Shown here: piece by piece, positions 5,210-11,225 of the stretch
Layout: every line of letters starts with the position of its first letter
Numbering within the stretch: the stretch's first letter is position 1
From: Candidatus Omnitrophota bacterium
GTDB taxonomy: Bacteria; Ratteibacteria; UBA8468; MWAK01
Length of the DNA: 11,225 bases
Assembly: GCA_043797665.1 (NCBI GenBank)
Contig: JAZDPL010000049.1
Coordinates: 1-11,225 of the forward strand
Reading direction: 5' to 3'
Translations under genes and position numbers: made by a program
The notes under the pieces: model-generated
Seen by the model: only the letters and a program-made list of their open reading frames with translations
Told to the model about the DNA's origin: nothing
The model's database searches: none

Positions 5210-7273
5210 ATGAGTAAGAAAACTTTTGGAAAAAGAGAAGTTGGAACTCCAGAACCTGACCGGCATGTTATCCGTTTAGGTATCCCCTGTGCCACGGTTT
5301 TTATCGCCAGTTTTTGCATTATGGTTCTGGAGATTTCCGCAACCAGGCTTATTGCCCGTTATCTGGGTGTTTCTCTCTATACCTGGACCTCGGTGATTGG
5401 TGTGGTTCTGGCTGGACTTACTCTGGGCAGTTACTTCGGCGGCCGGGTCGCTGACCGCTTTCCGCCGGCAAAGGTTCTTTTTACGCTCTTTCTTTTTTCT
5501 TCCCTATCCTGTGCTACCGCACCTGTTTTGAACTATGTGATGGGTAATCACCTTATATTGTTATTTCTTCCCTGGTCGGTAAGGATAATGATACATGTGG
5601 CAGTAATCTTCCTTTTACCTTCTACCATTCTGGGAGCGATTGGCCCGGTAGTGGCAAAATTCGCCTTAGACCAGGGATTTAGAACCGGACGGACCTTAGG
5701 GGACATATATGCCTGGGGAGCGTTCGGCAGTATTATGGGTACTTTTCTGACCGGATTTCTTCTCGTTCCCTTGCTGGGAACAATCGCCATAATCTGGACC
5801 GTCGCGGCAGTTCTGGCTATGGTGAGCATTCTCTATGGTCTCTACACAAAAAAGGCTCTTTTGTCTTATATGTGGATAGCATTATTGATACCGCTCATCT
5901 TTATCAGTTGTGGTTCTCCAGCCTGGGCCAAGACAGTCGGCGGCCGGCTTTTTTTAAGAGAAGTAAGAGAACCCTGGATTAGAGTCGTTTATTGCAAAGA
6001 TAGTCAATATTCCTGTATAAGGGTGGAAGAAGAGAAGGACGTTTCCGATATTAGATATCTCATACTGGATGATCTTGTGCACAATAAAGTTTCTATAAGC
6101 GACCCGGCTGACATCCAACACCCTAACCAGTATCCTTACCTGAAGGTATATGAGTTTTTAAGCCGCCATTTATTCCCTCTCCCCTGCGTAGGAGAGGGTG
6201 GGGTGGGGGGGTATAAAGATAAACCGCCCTCTTTTCTCGTTATCGGTGGCGGTGCCTATGTTTTTCCGAGATACTTAGAGAGGTTTTATCCCGGTAGCCA
6301 TATTGAAGTGGTGGAAATCGACCCGGCGGTTACCCGGACCGCCATTCAGTTCTTTAGCCTGCCGGAGAGAAATTCCTTCCAGATTCACCATCTGGACGCC
6401 AGAAACTACGTGGATAACCTCCTGAAGAAGAGACCCCAGGGAGAAGACGTGAAATTTGACTTTATTTATGCTGACACCTTCAATGACGTTGCGGTTCCTT
6501 TTCAACTTACTACCTATGAATTTAACGAAAAAGTGCGCCAGATTCTTTCTCCGGAAGGAATTTATATGTTCCATATGGTGGACGTTTTCCACTCCGGACA
6601 GTTTCTGGGTGCGGTTCTGAACACCCTGCAAAAAACCTTTCCTTACGTTTATGTTTTCTCCGCGGGAAGATTAAACGACAGACCGGATACACGGAATACC
6701 TTTGTAATCGTATCTTCCAGTCGGCCGCTGAATATCCCTGAATTTTCATCCACCGAGATTGCCCGCTCTTCCCTTCTGGATGAAGCCCAGATAAGATACT
6801 TGAAGGAACGTTCCCGGGGTACCATCCTCACCGATGACTACGTTCCGGTAGAGAATCTTCTGAAGCCGGTGATTAAGGCAAAGGTATTAAATACCCTTTG
6901 TAAAAGGTTGGCAGAGAGAGGAGACGAATTTGCTTCCCATGATAATTTCAATAAGGCGATGGAATATTATAAAAAATCCGTTTATCTCGACCCTGACTAT
7001 AGCCAGGGTTGGTTTAATGCGGGTAGTGTGTTGGCTAACCAGGGAAAATTCCCTGAGGCCATAGAATATTACCAGAAAGTTCTTAAGATAGACCCGGAAT
7101 TCAGCCTGGCCTATTACTCTTTGGGCAATATATTTTCTTTTCAAGGCAGAACCCAGGAGGCAATTGCTCAGTACCGGCAGGCACTAAAGATTAACCCTGG
7201 TCTTCTTGAAGCCAGAGACAACCTTGATTTAGCTCTAAGTAGGGGTCGGATTCATCCGACCCGAAAACAATGA
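5210..7273 (+). CDS. Fused membrane (MFS-like)/spermidine synthase-like SAM-binding protein with C-terminal TPR repeats
   Basis: N-terminal TM block (MVLEI...R..A.YLG.SLYTWTSVIGVVLAG); SAM-fold motifs VIGGGAY, VVEIDPAV, DAR, FDFIYADTF, LTTYEF and ILTDDYVPVE; about 3 TPR motifs at the end. Confidence 0.88.
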   Translation: MSKKTFGKREVGTPEPDRHVIRLGIPCATVFIASFCIMVLEISATRLIARYLGVSLYTWTSVIGVVLAGLTLGSYFGGRVADRFPPAKVLFTLFLFSSLSCATAPVLNYVMGNHLILLFLPWSVRIMIHVAVIFLLPSTILGAIGPVVAKFALDQGFRTGRTLGDIYAWGAFGSIMGTFLTGFLLVPLLGTIAIIWTVAAVLAMVSILYGLYTKKALLSYMWIALLIPLIFISCGSPAWAKTVGGRLFLREVREPWIRVVYCKDSQYSCIRVEEEKDVSDIRYLILDDLVHNKVSISDPADIQHPNQYPYLKVYEFLSRHLFPLPCVGEGGVGGYKDKPPSFLVIGGGAYVFPRYLERFYPGSHIEVVEIDPAVTRTAIQFFSLPERNSFQIHHLDARNYVDNLLKKRPQGEDVKFDFIYADTFNDVAVPFQLTTYEFNEKVRQILSPEGIYMFHMVDVFHSGQFLGAVLNTLQKTFPYVYVFSAGRLNDRPDTRNTFVIVSSSRPLNIPEFSSTEIARSSLLDEAQIRYLKERSRGTILTDDYVPVENLLKPVIKAKVLNTLCKRLAERGDEFASHDNFNKAMEYYKKSVYLDPDYSQGWFNAGSVLANQGKFPEAIEYYQKVLKIDPEFSLAYYSLGNIFSFQGRTQEAIAQYRQALKINPGLLEARDNLDLALSRGRIHPTRKQ
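6175..6211 (+). repeat. REP-like palindrome translated inside the spermidine-synthase-like gene
   Basis: CCCTCTCC-N8-GGAGAGGG followed by TGGGGTGGGGGGG; encodes PLPCVGEGGVGG just before the SAM-binding glycine motif. Confidence 0.7.
7239..7263 (+). repeat. GTAG-type REP, second copy, forming the last codons of the spermidine-synthase-like gene
   Basis: GTAGGGGTCGGATTCATCCGACCCG is 24/25 identical to 5176-5200, in the same orientation. Confidence 0.9.
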
Positions 7274-10200
7274 AGCCTGACTGGCGTAAGGTAAACTGGC
7301 CATTGCACGGGTTCTCTATCATCAGGATAGGGGCCCGAAGGGCGCGGCGATCTCGCTTAACCCCTGTCATTCCCGCGGATAGTAAGCGGGAATCCAGACC
7401 AATGGCCGTGGTAATCGCATTCTTATTTGCCTTCCTATGTTCTCTTTTTATCCCCTCCCAGGCTTCTGCGGTGCAGATTAAACGTATCCAGAGGGGTACC
7501 TCAGCCGACTTTACCGTTGATGACCTGTCGCAGACCATAGATTTAATTGACGATTTGGGTGGCGTGGCCGTGACAGACCTCTCCAAAGCAATGGTTATCC
7601 TAAGTTCCAAGGGAGGCACAGACGCCGCCGGTGACGGAAATTTCTTTTTTACGCCCTATTTTGAAGATACCCGGACCGTCGCGATTCTGCGTGACGTTCC
7701 TGGTAAAAGCACTGGTGTTGCCGGTGCTACTATCCACGTAGTAGAATTCTCTGATGGTGTTACTGTTTACCGGGGATTTTCCTCGCTGGCTAAGGCTGCC
7801 TACACCAAAACTATTAATTTTACCGGTCCGATTGCTGATATTACCCATAAAGCCTTTCCTATTATCTATACCAGAGGCCCCATTGCTACCAACAAAGATA
7901 CTGAAGTTCTCTTATGTAAGTCCAGCCTCTCTACTGATGCCAATGGTTCCTATCTCACCATCACCCGTAACCGAAGTTCCTCGGACGCCGGTATCACCCA
8001 GGGTATCAATATCGCCTGGCAGGTAGTGGTTCTGGAGACCGATGCCAAGGTAAGGGTCGGTTCTGTTACGATACCTAATACCGCCGCTACCTCGGCTACT
8101 TTTAACCTGACCACAAACTTTTCTGACCCGGCAGACCGGTACGCCATCAGCGATATAAGTAAGGCGTTACTCCTGTTTGACTATTCGCCGGGCATCGGGA
8201 TTAATGGTATTGAAGCCCATTCGCTGACCCGGGGAACAATAAACAGCACCACCGAGTTACTCTTCCGGCGCCTGCTGGGAAGCACCGGCGCAGGTGACAA
8301 TGTAGATATTAATTTCTCTCTGATTGAGTTTTCCGACCCCGGTACTGTTGTCAAGAAGAACACGAGCAATATCGCTTCCGCAACCCTTTCTGTAAATATT
8401 ACTCCCCTGCCGGATTCAATCTCTGTTGATACGATGCGCAGTTTTCCTTACACCAGTGTTTCCGGCGGCTTAACAACCGGTACTGATTATATTGAGGATA
8501 TTTCTGTAATGGCAAAGTTGACCACAGCCACAAACCTTAATTTAACCCGGGGTATAGGTGAGATTGCCTGTGATGTCGACTACTTTATTACCCAATTTGC
8601 GCCTTTAACCTTAAAGACGCCTAACGGCAATGAAAAATGGGTTGTCGGCACTACCTATGATATTACCTGGAAGTACGCTGATTCTGTTTCCGTCTATAAC
8701 CACAAGGTGAGAATTGACTTGGATACCAACGGTGGGGGCAATGATTACAACCGGAATATCATCTCTGATATCCGGGCTGACTCTGGTATCTATCACTGGA
8801 ACATTCCGGAGGCAGTTAGCGGCGAAAACCCGATAAGTTCTAACTGTAAGATAAAAATTACTGATACTACCTTGACTGATACCTGGACTTACGATGTCTC
8901 CAACGCCGCGTTCAAGATTATGGGCTCTCTGAATATCCTTGCCCCCAACGGTCCCTCAGACATCTTCTATCCCAACCAGGCGAATACGATTACCTGGTCA
9001 AAGACCGGTAACCTGACCACCCCATCAAGGAAAGAGGTAAAACTTTATTATTCTGCTAATTCCGGCACCAGTTATAGTGAAATAGATTCCGGAACCACAA
9101 AGTACGCCGATAACCTACAGTATAGTTGGAATATACCTAATAATATGGTTCCCGGTACAACCTACCGGATAAGGGAAAACCTGGTTGGAGATGAAAGTGA
9201 TGTTTGTGATACCTCGAACGCAGACTTCCCGATAAAAGCCAAGTTGATCCTGACCGCGCCTGTTGGCAGTGAAACCTTGCTTACTCAAAAGACAAGCAAT
9301 ATTACCTGGACCCACGGTGGTACGAATTTGGGTCAGGTGAATCTATACTATTCTACGCAGAGCGGTGTGGCGGGAAGTTGGAATGCCATTGCCTGCGCCG
9401 GGACCAATGGTGACTCGGATATCTTTCAGTGGACCGTTCCGGCTGACCCGGCGACTACCTGCCGGGTAAAGATATCATTGGTTAGTGATACCACCGTAGA
9501 GTCTGTTTCGCCGGCTAATTTTACCATCCTTGCTTCGGTTAAAGTCACCAGTCCCGATGATGGGACCGAATTATGGCGGGTTTTGGAGGCTAAAAATATT
9601 ACCTGGATAGTCCAGCCAGCCGCCGGTATTGCCAACGTTAAAATTCAATATTCCATAAATGGCGGTACCAGTTGGGTCGATCCGCCGATTACAACCTCCT
9701 GGCCCGCGGATATTGCCTACGAGTGGTCTATCCCGGATAATATCTCCAACACCTGCCGGGTAAGGGTATCGGATGCCACCAAGCCGGATACGGTTTTTGA
9801 CGTATCGGATAACAACTTTAAGATTAAAGGGAGTCTTTTCATTACCTATCCGGTCGGTGGAGAGTCATTCCTGGTCGGTTCCACCGAGAATATTAAATGG
9901 GACTACACCGGTTCCCTCGGAAACGTTGAGGTTAAGTACTCCCACGATGGTACGGGCTGGGTTGCTACTCCCATCGCCACCAATATTCCGGCCGGTAATA
10001 AGACCGTTCCCTGGTCTCCTGTTCCTAACGAGATTGATAGTACCGTCTATGTCAAAGTCTACCTGATGAGCGACGCTTCTGGTGTATATAGTAGCACTAC
10101 CACCGACACCCCTCCTTTGCCTTTTGCGATTAAGGGTGGTGTCCACGTAGATACGCCAAATGGCTATGAAACCTTCTATGTCGGCGGAAGTACACCGGTC

Positions 10201-11225
10201 AACTGGACAAAGAACGGCGATATTGGTGACGTGGAAGTGAGGTACTCCCTTGACGGAGGTTCGACATTCCCCGGCGATCAGGTTATCAAAACTGCTGAGT
10301 CCGGCACCAGTTGTACCTGGACTCCTATCCCGGATAAAGTCGGCGATAACATCCGCGTGGTAGTATTTGCGCTAGGTGACGCAAGCGTTTCTGATACATC
10401 TAATGCCAATTCCAAGATTCGGGGTACCATCAACCTTACCTATCCTAACGGTGGAGCATGGGAAGTAGGGACACCTGGGAACATTACCTGGGATGTCCCA
10501 AGTGCTCTCAGCATGGGTAAAGTTGAGTTGAAGTATTCTACCGATGGTGGTACAACCTATCCGGATGGAAATACGATTACACCGGCCGGCGGTGTGAACC
10601 CGGACTACGACGGCGGGAAATATCCCTGGACTCCGGCCGGTACTCTGGTCTGCGGCGCCAATTACCGGGTTAGAATCCAGGCCCTAGACTTTACTGACAT
10701 TAAAGACGAATCCACCAGCAGTTTTGAGATTAAGGGTAAGATTAAATTGGATTCGCCGGACACAGATGTGACTACTTGGTACGTAGGGGATACCAACCAG
10801 ATTAAATGGACGCCGACCGGGACGTACGTAGGGAGTGCGTATCCGAACGTAGAGTTCCACTATGCGACCGACGGTGTGAACTTTGACACGGCGGTTTCTC
10901 CGGACGGTGAGAAGGCGAACACGGCTACCGGGGTGCAGGGGACAGCCAACTGGGAGATCCCGAACAAGATAGGAGCGGGAGTAAAGGTGCGGGTGCGGGT
11001 GAAGAACAGCCCGACCACGGTAGAGTGGATAACGAGCAATGCATTTAAGATTTTAGGGAAGATAGATAGTATAACCTCACCGATAGCCAATGAAGTCTGG
11101 AACGTCGGGGACACGACCCGGAAGATACAGTGGAGTGCGACCGGAAGCGTAACGAACGTCCGGATAGACTACAAGACGTCGGCGGGCGGCTCCTGGATAG
11201 AGCCGCCGGTGGCAGCCAATGACGG
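7270..11225 (+). CDS. Giant secreted surface/adhesin-like protein with tandem Ig-like repeats (Ser/Thr-rich, Kre9/Knh1-N-like); runs off the window end
   Basis: Frame +1 is open from the ATG at 7270 (ATGA overlap with the upstream stop) to the window end, >1318 codons. Signal h-region AVVIAFLFAFLCSLFIPSQASA|VQ (alternative ATG at 7402). Four N-terminal repeats (7471 to ~8598), then at least 9 repeats of ~100 aa with consensus L..PNG.E.W.VG....ITW...V...YS..GG..W/Y...W..P......RV.......D.S...F.I. Confidence 0.9.
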   Translation, partial: MKPDWRKVNWPLHGFSIIRIGARRARRSRLTPVIPADSKRESRPMAVVIAFLFAFLCSLFIPSQASAVQIKRIQRGTSADFTVDDLSQTIDLIDDLGGVAVTDLSKAMVILSSKGGTDAAGDGNFFFTPYFEDTRTVAILRDVPGKSTGVAGATIHVVEFSDGVTVYRGFSSLAKAAYTKTINFTGPIADITHKAFPIIYTRGPIATNKDTEVLLCKSSLSTDANGSYLTITRNRSSSDAGITQGINIAWQVVVLETDAKVRVGSVTIPNTAATSATFNLTTNFSDPADRYAISDISKALLLFDYSPGIGINGIEAHSLTRGTINSTTELLFRRLLGSTGAGDNVDINFSLIEFSDPGTVVKKNTSNIASATLSVNITPLPDSISVDTMRSFPYTSVSGGLTTGTDYIEDISVMAKLTTATNLNLTRGIGEIACDVDYFITQFAPLTLKTPNGNEKWVVGTTYDITWKYADSVSVYNHKVRIDLDTNGGGNDYNRNIISDIRADSGIYHWNIPEAVSGENPISSNCKIKITDTTLTDTWTYDVSNAAFKIMGSLNILAPNGPSDIFYPNQANTITWSKTGNLTTPSRKEVKLYYSANSGTSYSEIDSGTTKYADNLQYSWNIPNNMVPGTTYRIRENLVGDESDVCDTSNADFPIKAKLILTAPVGSETLLTQKTSNITWTHGGTNLGQVNLYYSTQSGVAGSWNAIACAGTNGDSDIFQWTVPADPATTCRVKISLVSDTTVESVSPANFTILASVKVTSPDDGTELWRVLEAKNITWIVQPAAGIANVKIQYSINGGTSWVDPPITTSWPADIAYEWSIPDNISNTCRVRVSDATKPDTVFDVSDNNFKIKGSLFITYPVGGESFLVGSTENIKWDYTGSLGNVEVKYSHDGTGWVATPIATNIPAGNKTVPWSPVPNEIDSTVYVKVYLMSDASGVYSSTTTDTPPLPFAIKGGVHVDTPNGYETFYVGGSTPVNWTKNGDIGDVEVRYSLDGGSTFPGDQVIKTAESGTSCTWTPIPDKVGDNIRVVVFALGDASVSDTSNANSKIRGTINLTYPNGGAWEVGTPGNITWDVPSALSMGKVELKYSTDGGTTYPDGNTITPAGGVNPDYDGGKYPWTPAGTLVCGANYRVRIQALDFTDIKDESTSSFEIKGKIKLDSPDTDVTTWYVGDTNQIKWTPTGTYVGSAYPNVEFHYATDGVNFDTAVSPDGEKANTATGVQGTANWEIPNKIGAGVKVRVRVKNSPTTVEWITSNAFKILGKIDSITSPIANEVWNVGDTTRKIQWSATGSVTNVRIDYKTSAGGSWIEPPVAAND
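7331..7398 (+). repeat. REP-like elements in the leader of the giant gene
   Basis: 7364-7398 CTGTCATTCCCGCGGATAGTAAGCGGGAATCCAGA is an exact inverted copy of 4024-4058. 7331-7354 GGGCCCGAAGGGCGCGGCGATCTC contains a GCCC-GAA-GGGC hairpin and is probably a second REP remnant. Confidence 0.85.

Noticed and set aside
6205..6211. G7 tract as a phase-variation site
   Set aside because: The tract is short, is part of the REP-like tail, and the gene is in frame; there is no evidence without reads.
1165..7144. Minus-strand ORFs at 1165, 2469, 2911, 3865, 5113, 5548, 6275, 6522, 6649 and 6887
   Set aside because: They are antisense shadows of well-supported plus-strand genes or REP regions and have no recognisable motifs.
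7330..7360. Twin-arginine (Tat) signal in GARRARRSRL
   Set aside because: It lacks the S/T-R-R-x-F-L-K context, the arginines derive from a palindromic DNA remnant, and a protein this large is an unlikely Tat substrate.
7191..11114. Many short ORFs on both strands in the right third of the window
   Set aside because: All overlap the continuous frame +1 giant ORF (7270 to >11225). The LDSRLLSAGMT match between ORF 7191-7619 and the RAYT fusion is explained by the shared REP.

Overview
Bacterial accessory and cell-surface region, possibly from Omnitrophota/PVC; that assignment is inferred from gene content only. Left to right: (1) the 5' part of a minus-strand TMTC-like GT-C glycosyltransferase, not in the ORF track; (2) a symmetric divergent promoter; (3) two tandem MNT-HEPN (type VII toxin-antitoxin-like) pairs, the second bracketed by a 75-bp duplication of the first HEPN gene's 3' end; (4) two paralogous small exported proteins flanking a 450-aa fusion of a catalytically degenerate RAYT/Y1 transposase domain (HUH replaced by QIT), a transmembrane helix, a coiled coil and an extracytoplasmic beta-rich domain; (5) a membrane spermidine-synthase-like/TPR gene flanked by near-identical GTAG palindromes; (6) the first >1300 codons of a giant secreted protein with 4 N-terminal repeats and at least 9 Ig-like repeats, also not in the ORF track. 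REP-like palindromes of several families are scattered through the window, and several are translated inside genes. The best candidate for a new system is a domesticated, membrane-anchored dead RAYT linked to REP hairpins and a giant surface protein.
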